Positions 35,994 through 47,415 of a stretch of 64,000 nt of DNA are shown in pieces. Below the pieces are notes generated by a model, which worked only from the letters and a program-made list of their open reading frames with translations, was not told where the DNA came from and made no database searches. Source of the DNA: Dehalococcoidia bacterium (GTDB lineage Bacteria; Chloroflexota; Dehalococcoidia; Lucifugimonadales; UBA1123); the NCBI GenBank assembly GCA_965217725.1, contig OZ244564.1:2691371-2755370 (forward strand), given 5' to 3'. How positions within the stretch are numbered: position 1 is the first letter of the stretch; every line of letters starts with the position of its first letter. A program made the translations under genes and the position numbers.

Positions 35994-37394
35994 GTGCGCT
36001 CGGAAGAGACCACAGTTCCCGGAATGCTAAGTGTCGACGAGCTGCGCTCAGCCGTCGATGACGGCTCGATCGACACGGTGATCCTGGCGTTTCCCGACCT
36101 TTATGGAAGGCTGCTCGGCAAGCGCCTTGATGCCTCGTTCTTCCTGACGGACGTGGCAGGCGGCACTCATGCCTGCGACTACCTGTTCACTGTGGACATG
36201 GAGATGGAGCCGGTCGCCGGGTACGAGTTTTCGAACTGGGACCTCGGCTATGGGGACGTGCACCTGGCACCTGATCTGGGAACCCTTCGCAAGCTGTCGT
36301 GGCTCGATAGGACCGCGCTGGCAATCTGTGACGCTGAACTGGAACCGGCGCATAAGCCGGTTGAAGTGGCTCCGAGGTCGATCCTGCGCAAACAGCTGGA
36401 GACGCTGCGCGCCAGGGGGTTCGAAGCCATGGCGGGCTCCGAGTTGGAGTACTACCAGTTTCGGACTTCATACTCGGATGCGGCCCGGAGCGGGTATCGA
36501 GACCTGCATGAGGCCGGGTGGTACATCGAGGACTATCTCCTCCTGCAAGGTACGCGGACTGAGGACCTCAACGGAGCGTATCGCCGCCATCTGGCCGCTT
36601 CCGGGGTGCCCGTTGAGTCAACCAAGGGAGAGTTCGGCCGGGGACAGCACGAGTTGAACATCCGGTACGCGCCGATACTGGAGATGGCGGACCGTCATGT
36701 GGTGCTGAAGCAGGCGGCGAAGGAGATTTCCGACAGGCTCGGGGCGAGCGTCACGTTCATGGCAAAGCCGGACGCAGCCCAGGCCGGGTCGAGCTCGCAT
36801 CTGCATGTGAGCCTGTGGACGGACACGAATGGGCAGTTGACTAATGCGTTCCCGGGAGATGGTGACCTTGCCGGAATCGCGTGTTCGGACGAGTTTCGCT
36901 GGTTCCTGGGCGGGTGGATGCGGTACGTGCCGGAGATGATGGTGTGCTACGCGCCGACTGTGAACTCGTACAAGCGCTTCCAGGCAGGGAGCTGGGCGCC
37001 GACGGCCTTGGCGTGGTCGCCGGACAACCGCACGGCTGGCTTCCGCATTGTTGGCACTGGCCCAAGCCTGCGGATCGAGTGTCGTATACCAGGGGCCGAC
37101 GTAAATCCATATCTGGCATACTCGGCTGTCATCGCGTCGGGATTGGCAGGCATCGAAGACCGGATCGAGCCTCCGCCAGTATACATAGGAGACGCTTACG
37201 CGGCGCCGGAGGAGCTGATGCTGCCGGGCAGCCTAGAGGAGGCAGCCCGGAGTTTCGAGCGGAGCGACCTGGCGCAGTCGGCGTTCGGCGAGGACGTGGT
37301 GGCGCACTACGTACACTTCTTCAGCACGGAGGCGGAAGCCTACCGGCAGGCCGTAACGGACTGGGAGCGCATTCGATACTTCGAGCGGATCTAG
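35994..37394 (+). CDS. glutamine synthetase family protein (GlnA3/PuuA-like gamma-glutamyl ligase)
   Basis: GSELEYYQF, the KGEFGRGQHELN ATP/glutamate motif, and NSYKRF. The start is uncertain: GTG at 35994 has a GGAGG SD, and the alternatives are TTG at 35949 or ATG at 36024. Confidence 0.85.
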   Translation: MRSEETTVPGMLSVDELRSAVDDGSIDTVILAFPDLYGRLLGKRLDASFFLTDVAGGTHACDYLFTVDMEMEPVAGYEFSNWDLGYGDVHLAPDLGTLRKLSWLDRTALAICDAELEPAHKPVEVAPRSILRKQLETLRARGFEAMAGSELEYYQFRTSYSDAARSGYRDLHEAGWYIEDYLLLQGTRTEDLNGAYRRHLAASGVPVESTKGEFGRGQHELNIRYAPILEMADRHVVLKQAAKEISDRLGASVTFMAKPDAAQAGSSSHLHVSLWTDTNGQLTNAFPGDGDLAGIACSDEFRWFLGGWMRYVPEMMVCYAPTVNSYKRFQAGSWAPTALAWSPDNRTAGFRIVGTGPSLRIECRIPGADVNPYLAYSAVIASGLAGIEDRIEPPPVYIGDAYAAPEELMLPGSLEEAARSFERSDLAQSAFGEDVVAHYVHFFSTEAEAYRQAVTDWERIRYFERI

Positions 37395-37710
37395 CGGCTA
37401 TATTGCACGCAACCGTAACCGTCCCATAGACGGTGTGGAGAAGAGAACAGCGGAGGATCACTTCCCGGCAGCCCATGCAGAGCCAGTTCGAAGTCTCCTT
37501 CCCCTGCCGCTCCTTCTGACTCCAGGCCGCCAATCAATTACAATCGACCAGTTCGCAGCCGTACATGCTCAAAGTGTCGCACATTACGAAAACCTAATCT
37601 CAGCAATTTAGGAGCCAGCACCCCGATTCCCCCAACCAGCTATGAAGAAATGGCCTCCGAGACAGGCGGCCATTCTCCGCGGAACTAAACATAAGGTGAA
37701 AGGTGTCAAG

Positions 37711-38769
37711 ATGATGACGGAAACTGATGGGTTAACCGACGGGCCGACGGTTGCCCCCTCCTGCGATAATCCTCAAAAGCAGGAACCGAACGAATACGCA
37801 CAGCTCAAGCGCCTTGTCAAAGGTGCTGGGCTCCTGGAAAAGAATCCAGGATATTACGCTGTAAGGATGGCTGTAAACATGAGCCTGCTGGCTCTGAGTG
37901 TCGCGGTCCTGATATCCGTGGACAGCGTCTGGATACAGATGCTGAACGCGGCATTTCTTGCGTTCATAATCACGCAGCTATCCTTTTTCGGCCATGATCT
38001 GGGCCACAAACAGGTGTTCCGATCGAGCCGAAGCAACGATCGCGTCGGCCTCTTCATCAGTTTCCTGGTCGGCATCAACCGCACCTGGTGGGTCGAAAAG
38101 CATAACGAGCACCACAGCAATCCGAACGACCTGGACATGGACCCCGACGTAGACCTGCCATTCATTGCGTTCTCGGAAGACCAGGCCCGTGGCATGAGGG
38201 GGATCCCCCGACTGATCGTCACCTATCAGGCATTTCTTTTTTACCCACTGGTCTGTTTCGAGGGATTGGTGCTCAAGATTTCGGGTATCCAGTATATGTT
38301 CCGAAACAAGCTGATGTTCCCGATCGCCGAGCCGATAATGATGATCGGCCACATCGGCATCTATACAGGCTTGGTCTTCTTGTCCCTGCCAGTCTGGCAA
38401 GGGTTACTATTCATCGCGGTCAATCAGATGTTATTAGGGCTGTACATCGGCTCAACCTTCGCCCCCAACCACAAGGGCATGCTGACATTGGATGGGAAGA
38501 CAAAGTTGGACTTTTTGAGGAAACAGGTGCTTACATCCAGGAATGTGAAATCGAGCCCCCTGAATGACTTCCTGTACGGCGGGCTGAACTACCAGATCGA
38601 GCACCACCTGTTCCCAAGCATGCCCCGGAACCGGTTGAAGGACGCGCAACGGATTGTGATGCCCTTCTGCAAGGAGCATTCGATCTCATACTACGAGACT
38701 GGGGTGGTGCACTCGCAGCGGGAGATATTGCAATACCTGCACCACGTAAGCGCGCCGCTGCGAGCGTGA
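37711..38769 (+). CDS. membrane fatty-acid desaturase family protein
   Basis: Three His boxes: HDLGHKQ, HNEHHSNPN and QIEHHLFP. ATG at 37711 with an AAGGTGAAAGGTG SD; the ORF-track start at 37642 lacks an SD. Confidence 0.85.
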   Translation: MMTETDGLTDGPTVAPSCDNPQKQEPNEYAQLKRLVKGAGLLEKNPGYYAVRMAVNMSLLALSVAVLISVDSVWIQMLNAAFLAFIITQLSFFGHDLGHKQVFRSSRSNDRVGLFISFLVGINRTWWVEKHNEHHSNPNDLDMDPDVDLPFIAFSEDQARGMRGIPRLIVTYQAFLFYPLVCFEGLVLKISGIQYMFRNKLMFPIAEPIMMIGHIGIYTGLVFLSLPVWQGLLFIAVNQMLLGLYIGSTFAPNHKGMLTLDGKTKLDFLRKQVLTSRNVKSSPLNDFLYGGLNYQIEHHLFPSMPRNRLKDAQRIVMPFCKEHSISYYETGVVHSQREILQYLHHVSAPLRA

Positions 38770-38990
38770 CACCAGGGACTCGACCAATTGTATGGTGACG
38801 GCGGATATCGGAGGCATCACACTGTCTCCTGAACGTCCAACAGCAACTTCACCGCAGCTTAGACCGGTCTGTCCGCATGGCGACATTGCGCACAGTGAGC
38901 TGCTCGTCAAACTCACCCACCGTCTATGGGACGGTTACACGCAACTCACAACATTGACCGCCCAGCCCCTCAGTTAGTATATTTCGGCGC

Positions 38991-39587
38991 ATGATTATTG
39001 GACTCCTCACCGACACCCACTTGCCTAACATGATCCGCGAGCTTGAAGAACTCGGTTCCGAGCCGGCTGAGTTCTTCAGCAGCGTCGACCTGATCCTCCA
39101 TGGAGGCGATCTGACGGCGCCCTATGTGCTCGACTGGTTGGAGCAGTTCGCACCTGTGCTGTGCTCCACCGGCAACAACGACCCGATCCCTGACTCCAGG
39201 TGCGAGGACGTGCAGACCTTCGACGTCGAGGGCTGGCGAGTCGGCATGACCCACAGCCTGGGGGGCCAGTTCCGCCCAATGTCCGTGCTCAGCCAGCACT
39301 TCCCGAGTCCGGTCGATGTGATGATCGCGGGGCACACTCACGAGGAGCGTCTGGAATATCGCGACGGTGTTACACTCATCAACAGCGGCTCCATCACGTT
39401 CCCGCACCACAAGGAGCTTCGACTGGGCACGGTAGGTCTGCTTGAGCTGACTGAACATCGGCTGAACGCCAGGGTCTTCCCACTGGGACATACGGAGGGG
39501 CGGCCGAACCCGGGACGCGAGATCGCCCTGGAGCTTGATCGCAACGGCGATGGACACGTCAGCGTCAACGCGCAGGACTCCTCCTGA
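38991..39587 (+). CDS. metallophosphoesterase (YfcE/MJ0936-like)
   Basis: LLTDTHL, HGGDL, GNND and GHTHE metal-binding motifs. Confidence 0.85.
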   Translation: MIIGLLTDTHLPNMIRELEELGSEPAEFFSSVDLILHGGDLTAPYVLDWLEQFAPVLCSTGNNDPIPDSRCEDVQTFDVEGWRVGMTHSLGGQFRPMSVLSQHFPSPVDVMIAGHTHEERLEYRDGVTLINSGSITFPHHKELRLGTVGLLELTEHRLNARVFPLGHTEGRPNPGREIALELDRNGDGHVSVNAQDSS

Positions 39588-39665
39588 AAGAAGTCGGACG
39601 ACTGGCCAGAAAACCGAAGTAACGTCACCCCGTACTCCGATACGGGGGAAGGTGGACGAGGCTAC

Positions 39666-42095
39666 ATGACACAGGTACTTGACAGCATGACCGTGCTGGA
39701 CTTCAGCCAGGGCATGGCGGGCTCCGTCGCGACTATGGTGATGTCCGACTTCGGCGCCGATGTCATCAAGGTGGAGCCGCCCGGAGGAGACCCCTATCGG
39801 ACACATCCCGCCTCGCTCCTGTGGAATCGAGGCAAGAAGAGTGTCGTACTGGACCTCGAGACCGCCGAAGGCCGCAAACACGCCAAAGACCTCGCGCGTT
39901 TCGCAGATGCAGTGGTAGAGAGTTTCGTTCCCGGAGACGCCGCTGCGCTCGGAGTAGACTATGAGACCCTGAAGTCCGAAAATCCCGGCCTCGTTTACAC
40001 CTCGATTACAGCGTTTGGCGACTCCGGCCCCTATGCCCGGTACAAGCCATACGAGGCGCTCGTAAGCGCAAAGTGCGGACGGTACATGGCGTTCGCCGGA
40101 CAGAACGGACGGGAAGGACCCAACTACGGCGCGGTGCAGGTCGCGAGCCACGGCGCGGCAATGGCCGCGGTCCGGGGCGCTGTGGCCGCTCTCATGATCC
40201 GTGACCGAACGGGTGTCGGCCAGCACGTTCAGACCAGCCTGCTCCGAGCGATAACCTACTATGACCTCAGCCAGTTCCTCGTCTGGCAGATGATGATCAA
40301 GTTCCCCGAAAACTTTCCCGACGACCTCACCGTGGTCGCATCGAGGCCCGCGCCGATCCAGTACCTGGCGGTGCGTGCCGGCGACGGACGCTGGCTGCAG
40401 CTCGCCAACCTGATGGAGAGGCTCTTCATCTCTGAGATTCACGCGATCGGACTCGGCCACCTGCTTGAAGACCCGCGCTACGCCTCGGCGCCGTTCCTCG
40501 ATGACCAACCCCGTGAGGAGATGCGCGAGTTCATACTGGACAAGATGCAGGAGAAGTCCATCGACGAGTGGATGGACCTCTTCATCGATGTTGAGGGCGA
40601 TGTCGCCGCCGAGCCGTTCATGACCTCCATAGAGGCGCTGGATCATCCGCAGATGGTCCACAACGGCTCTGTCCAGACGGTCGATGACCCGACGGTCGGG
40701 CCGATGCGCCAACTGGGGCCGCTGTTCCGCATGGACGCTTCCCAGGCCAGCGTGCGAGGCCCGGCACCACAGATCGGGCAGCACACCGAAGAGGTGTTGG
40801 CGCGTCTCGGTGACGCTCCCGCCCACTCTGCGAATGGCAATGGCGCGACTCCCACCCATCCGCTAGAAGGCGTAACCGTTCTGGACATGTCCACGGTCAT
40901 TGCCGGCCCGCTCGCAGGGTCGCTGCTCGCCGAGCTCGGCGCGCGTGTCGTTCGTATAGAGACCCTTGCCGGAGACTGGATGCGCGGCCACTACAACGGT
41001 CTGGCGTCGAACCGGACGATGGCTGGCACCGAGGGCCTGTCCATCGACCTCAAGACACGTGAAGGCCAGGACATTCTTGGCCGCCTGCTTCCTGATGTGG
41101 ACGTCGTGCTGCACAACATGCGACCAGGGGCCCCTGAGAGGGTGGGCATCGGCATCGAGCAGGTCAGGGCGCTCAATCCCGACGCCATCTACGCCTATCT
41201 GGGTGGATACGGCTCGACAGGCCCGCACAGTCACCGGCCGGCCATGCACCCGATCGGCGGTGCGGTCGGAGGCGGCGTCATGGCCCAGATCAGTCGCGGC
41301 GCGTTGCCTCCGGACAACGCCGGCATGAGCATGGACGAACTCCGTTCCGTCTCCCGGCAGCTGGGTCGCGCAAACGAGGTCAACCCTGACCCCAACACCG
41401 CAATGGTTACGGCGACTGCGATCACCATGGCCTTGTACGCACGCCAGAGACACGGCGACAAGCAGTACGTAGAGACCACTATGATAGGCTCCAACGCCTA
41501 CGTAAACGCGGACGACTTCTTCGACTACGAGGACAGGCCCGCAAGGCCCGTGATAGACGCCGACGGATACGGCACCGGCGCGCTGTTCAGACTGTACTCG
41601 ACACCCGACGGTTGGGTGTTCCTGGCGTGCCCGTTTGAAGACGAGTGGCCGCGGCTGTGCAGCGCGCTCAGTCGTCCCGACCTTCTCGAAGACCCCCGGT
41701 TCATCACTGCCGACGCTCGGCAGGATAACGACGGTCCCCTGGCGTCGGAGCTCGGCTCCGTTTTCGCTGAACGTCCCGCGCTGGAGTGGGAGCGTCTACT
41801 GACCGCTGCGGACCTCGGCTGTGTGCAGACCGAGGATCGAGGCATGTACCACTTCTTCGCTGAGGACGAGCACGTGGCCCAGAACGACTTGACCGTCGAG
41901 GTGAGCCACCCGACCTACGGCGAGTTCTGGCGTTACGCGCCCATACTCGAGTTTTCGAAGACCCCCAGTGTCGCCGGAGGCGGCATAGTGCGCGGTCAGC
42001 ACACCTTCCCGATTCTCAGAGAGCTGGGCTACAGCGATGACCAGATCATCCAGATGAGGGACAATCGAGTCCTCGACTGGGAGGAGCCTGCATAG
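39666..42095 (+). CDS. tandem-fused double CaiB/BaiF (class III) CoA-transferase
   Basis: Two complete modules. Module 1 starts MTVLDFSQGMAGSVATMVMSDFGADVIKVEPPGGDP. Module 2 starts GVTVLDMSTVIAGPLAGSLLAELGARVVRIE after the linker DAPAHSANGNGATPTHP. Confidence 0.9.
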   Translation: MTQVLDSMTVLDFSQGMAGSVATMVMSDFGADVIKVEPPGGDPYRTHPASLLWNRGKKSVVLDLETAEGRKHAKDLARFADAVVESFVPGDAAALGVDYETLKSENPGLVYTSITAFGDSGPYARYKPYEALVSAKCGRYMAFAGQNGREGPNYGAVQVASHGAAMAAVRGAVAALMIRDRTGVGQHVQTSLLRAITYYDLSQFLVWQMMIKFPENFPDDLTVVASRPAPIQYLAVRAGDGRWLQLANLMERLFISEIHAIGLGHLLEDPRYASAPFLDDQPREEMREFILDKMQEKSIDEWMDLFIDVEGDVAAEPFMTSIEALDHPQMVHNGSVQTVDDPTVGPMRQLGPLFRMDASQASVRGPAPQIGQHTEEVLARLGDAPAHSANGNGATPTHPLEGVTVLDMSTVIAGPLAGSLLAELGARVVRIETLAGDWMRGHYNGLASNRTMAGTEGLSIDLKTREGQDILGRLLPDVDVVLHNMRPGAPERVGIGIEQVRALNPDAIYAYLGGYGSTGPHSHRPAMHPIGGAVGGGVMAQISRGALPPDNAGMSMDELRSVSRQLGRANEVNPDPNTAMVTATAITMALYARQRHGDKQYVETTMIGSNAYVNADDFFDYEDRPARPVIDADGYGTGALFRLYSTPDGWVFLACPFEDEWPRLCSALSRPDLLEDPRFITADARQDNDGPLASELGSVFAERPALEWERLLTAADLGCVQTEDRGMYHFFAEDEHVAQNDLTVEVSHPTYGEFWRYAPILEFSKTPSVAGGGIVRGQHTFPILRELGYSDDQIIQMRDNRVLDWEEPA

Positions 42096-42161
42096 GCAAG
42101 GAGGTCCTCCTCCTGACATCATACCCCCGCAGACCGCCTTCGCAGGCAGAAGACACACAAC

Positions 42162-44360
<2,199 letters not shown>

Positions 44361-44393
44361 AATCCCGGTCACACCAGCATTTCAGGATCGGTA

Positions 44394-45548
44394 ATGACGA
44401 CATCTCAGATTGACATAGACAGCTACATAGAGGGCGCGCACGAGTTGGCCGAAATGGTCAGCAGCGTCACCGACCAGATAGACGTGCAGCGCCGCATCCC
44501 GGTCGAAGTCTCGAACGAGATCGCCGACCGAGGCTACTTCAGGTTGCTCCTGCCCAGGTCGCTGGGCGGAGCCGAGCTTGAGCACCCGGACTTCCGCAGG
44601 ATCGTCCGCATCTTCGCAGAGGCCGACGCGAGTGTAGGCTGGTGCATCAACCAGAACAACGTATTTTCGACCAACTCCGTTCGCGTGCCGCCGGAAACAG
44701 TGGACGAGATCTGGACCGTCCAGCGCAACGTCGTCACCAACGGCCCACCCATGCCGCACACCAGGGCTGAAGTCGTGGACGGCGGCTATCGCCTGTCTGG
44801 TCGCTGGAATTTCAGCAGCGGCTATCCACACGCGACATGGCTCGCGGCGCTGACCCCGGTGTACCAGCCGGGCGCGCCCGAGCCGTCGGAGATGCGGACG
44901 ATGCTTCTACCGAAGGATCAGGCCAATCTGGTAGATATCTGGCAGGTCGGAGGCCTCCGGGGCACCGGCAGCCAGGGCTTCGCAATCGAAGACTTGTTTG
45001 TGCCGGCCACGCGGTCGTACCCGACGACTGCCGTATCGCGCGAGCCGGGGCCGCTGTACGTGATTCCGACCACGCTGCTGTTCTGCTCAGGCTTTGCGAC
45101 TGTCGCCCTCGGCGCGGCCCGCGCCGGCCTCGACGCCGCGATAGACCTGGCAATCGGCAAGACGCAGCAGGGGCGCGAATCTCCTATGCGACACGAATCG
45201 ACCACGCATAGAATGGTCGGTCAGGCCGAGGCCATCTGGAACTCAGCCCGCGCATTCCTGGAAGAGGCGGCAGGCGCGATGTGGAAGGGCGCCAAGACCA
45301 ACCTGGACCTGACCGTCGAGGAGCGCGTGGGAGTGCGCCTTGCCAGCACCCACGCCATACGGGAGTCGGCCCGTGTGGTCGACATCGCCTACACGATCTG
45401 CGGCTCCAGCGCCATCTTCGCCGTCAACCCGATCCAGCGTCGCTTCCAGGACGTCCACGCCATCACACAGCAGATACAGGGCCGCCCAACCCACTACGAC
45501 ACCGCCGGCCAGCACTACCTCGGCCTCGAGCCGGAGGGGATATTCTAG
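44394..45548 (+). CDS. acyl-CoA dehydrogenase-fold flavin-dependent oxygenase/dehydrogenase
   Basis: 384 aa with an ACAD-like N/M/C layout (YFRLLLPRSLGG ... GRWNFSSGYPHATW ...), resembling the HsaA/DszC-type subgroup (recollection). Confidence 0.75.
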   Translation: MTTSQIDIDSYIEGAHELAEMVSSVTDQIDVQRRIPVEVSNEIADRGYFRLLLPRSLGGAELEHPDFRRIVRIFAEADASVGWCINQNNVFSTNSVRVPPETVDEIWTVQRNVVTNGPPMPHTRAEVVDGGYRLSGRWNFSSGYPHATWLAALTPVYQPGAPEPSEMRTMLLPKDQANLVDIWQVGGLRGTGSQGFAIEDLFVPATRSYPTTAVSREPGPLYVIPTTLLFCSGFATVALGAARAGLDAAIDLAIGKTQQGRESPMRHESTTHRMVGQAEAIWNSARAFLEEAAGAMWKGAKTNLDLTVEERVGVRLASTHAIRESARVVDIAYTICGSSAIFAVNPIQRRFQDVHAITQQIQGRPTHYDTAGQHYLGLEPEGIF

Positions 45549-45624
45549 GGAAGTCCAAGCGAGGCGATTTCTGTAGAAAGGGTGTGTCGTCCCAGTCCCG
45601 GATTGGCATTCTTCAATTCTCTCT

Positions 45625-45764
45625 GCATCCCAGGGCAATCGCATTTGGACTTCAGCCTGCCACCGTCAATCGCCACCCCGGCGAAGGCCGGAGTCCAGCA
45701 GGGTGGTGTAGGAGGCCCTGTCAAAGCTTGCCCCGGTTAAGTGCGATTGCCCTGTCTGCATCCC
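45625..45764. repeat. MITE-like element, repeat family A, locus 3
   Basis: 12-13-bp terminal inverted repeats (C)AGGGCAATCGCA (45632..45643) and TGCGATTGCCCT(G) (45742..45753), an internal CCGGCGAAGGCCGG hairpin (45677..45692), and direct repeats CTGCATCCC at 45623..45631 and 45756..45764. Confidence 0.7.
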
Positions 45765-45841
45765 GAATTGCTTGAATGGCGCTCCGATCTAAAATAAAAT
45801 GTACATGAATATGTACATCTGAGAGACTCGGAGGTCCGAAC

Positions 45842-46129
45842 ATGGTCAGGCAGTATTCTATTTCGGACGCTAGGAACAACCTTCCCAACATCGTTAAGCA
45901 GGTTGAACAAGGGCCGGCGGTCGAGTTGACCCGCAGGGGCAGACCGGTGGCCGTGCTGATCTCTCACAAGGAGTATGAGCGGCTGAACCCGCCTAAGCCC
46001 GACCTGTGGACGGCGATTCAGGAGTGGCGGGAGAAGCATAACGTCGCAGAGCTGGACCTGGACCCTGATGAAATATGGGGAGATGTCCGTGACCGCTCGC
46101 CCGGAAGGGACTTCAGGTTCGATGATTAG
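45842..46129 (+). CDS. Phd/YefM-family antitoxin
   Basis: YSISDARNNLPNIVKQVEQGPAVELTRRGRPVAVLISHKEYERL. Confidence 0.85.
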   Translation: MVRQYSISDARNNLPNIVKQVEQGPAVELTRRGRPVAVLISHKEYERLNPPKPDLWTAIQEWREKHNVAELDLDPDEIWGDVRDRSPGRDFRFDD

Positions 46130-46547
46130 ATACCTGCTGGACGCCAATATCCTGTCTGAACCTGTCAAGCCCAGACCTAACCATGCTGTTGTTGACCGTA
46201 TTGACGCCCACCGGGGTGAGGTCGCTATGGCTGCACCTGTGTGGAGCGAGCTTTTGTTTGGGTGTTTTCGACTACCCGAGTCTGCGCGGCGACGCATCAT
46301 AGAGGACTATTTGCTGAATACCGTCCGGCCCTCCGTCACCATACTACCCTTCGACCAGCGTGCCGCTGAGTGGCACGCTTCCGAGCGCGCCAGGCTTGGC
46401 GGCATCGGACTGACTCCGCCTTTCGTTGACAGTCAGATCGCGGCGGTTGCCTTCGTCAACGATCTCACCCTGGTCACCGCCAACGCGGCGGACTTCTCGA
46501 ACTTCGATGGCCTTAGAGTAGAGGACTGGACTCAGCCTAATCCCTGA
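46122..46547 (+). CDS. PIN-domain toxin (VapC family)
   Basis: MIRYLLDANILSE ... ELLFG ... DSQIAAVA ... LVTANAADF. ATG at 46122 overlaps the antitoxin stop by 8 nt. Confidence 0.85.
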   Translation: MIRYLLDANILSEPVKPRPNHAVVDRIDAHRGEVAMAAPVWSELLFGCFRLPESARRRIIEDYLLNTVRPSVTILPFDQRAAEWHASERARLGGIGLTPPFVDSQIAAVAFVNDLTLVTANAADFSNFDGLRVEDWTQPNP

Positions 46548-46614
46548 ATGGGTTCTCTATAGTCAGTGTTGGTGTCATCGTCTGTATATCCTCATAAAGT
46601 TAGGAGCAAACACA

Positions 46615-47394
46615 ATGCCGCGAGTACCCATAAACGGAATCGAGATCGACTTTCAGGAGTACGGAGAGGGCGAAGCCATCGTCTTCTGCCACGGCGCGGG
46701 CGGCAATCTGCTCTCCTGGTGGCAGCAGATCCCGTACTTCTCCCAGAACTACCGCTGCGTCACGTTCTCCCACCGCGGCTTCGGTCACAGCTACGACGTG
46801 CCAGACGGGCCGGGTATGAAGGCTTTTGTCGATGATCTCGCCGCTCTTCTCGATCACCTGGAGATAGAGTCCACCCACCTGGTGGCCCAGTCTATGGGAG
46901 GCCGCACCGCGCTCGGCTTTGCTGTCGAGTACGCGACGAGAACGCGCAGCCTCATCCTTGCCGACACCACCGGCGCAATGGGCGAGCCTGACGTCGAGCA
47001 GGCGCTAAACGACTGGCTCGAGAGCCAAACAGCGACGCGTGAGATCGGGTTCCGCGCGCTCGCCGAGAGTTTCGGCGCGCAGGAGCCAGACCTGGCGAAT
47101 CTGTATCTACAGATCTCGCGCACAAACCCGCCCAGACCACAGATCGCGGGCGTTCTGAGCGGTGGACCAAAAGGCGCGGAGCTCGCCAATCTGAAGGCCC
47201 CAACCTTGTTCATCGTGGGCGAGGAAGACAACATCACGCCGCCACACGTCCTCGAGGAGGCTTCGAGTCACATACCTGGGTCTGAGCTGATACGGGTGCC
47301 GGGCTGCGGACACTCGGTCTACTTTGAGAATCCAGACGTCTTCAACTTCGAGGTCGGCAGGTTCATCGCGCAGGCGGACGCTCCGGGAGCGTGA
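46615..47394 (+). CDS. alpha/beta hydrolase
   Basis: HGAGGN oxyanion region, the AQSMGG nucleophile elbow, and a C-terminal CGHSVYFE His. Confidence 0.85.
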   Translation: MPRVPINGIEIDFQEYGEGEAIVFCHGAGGNLLSWWQQIPYFSQNYRCVTFSHRGFGHSYDVPDGPGMKAFVDDLAALLDHLEIESTHLVAQSMGGRTALGFAVEYATRTRSLILADTTGAMGEPDVEQALNDWLESQTATREIGFRALAESFGAQEPDLANLYLQISRTNPPRPQIAGVLSGGPKGAELANLKAPTLFIVGEEDNITPPHVLEEASSHIPGSELIRVPGCGHSVYFENPDVFNFEVGRFIAQADAPGA

Positions 47395-47415
47395 CGTAGA
47401 TAGGCGTCAGGACGT

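Noticed and set aside
37400-38990. Desaturase region as a horizontally acquired island, because it looks somewhat lower in GC
   Set aside because: There are no flanking repeats, mobility genes or boundary signatures. The impression is by eye only, and membrane proteins often have lower GC.
38970-40859. 629-aa ORF on the minus strand, the longest unexplained ORF in the track
   Set aside because: It lies antisense to the metallophosphoesterase and the fused CoA-transferase, both of which have clear family motifs. Its translation is Arg/Gly/His/Val-rich with no motif. This is the typical shadow ORF of a high-GC genome.
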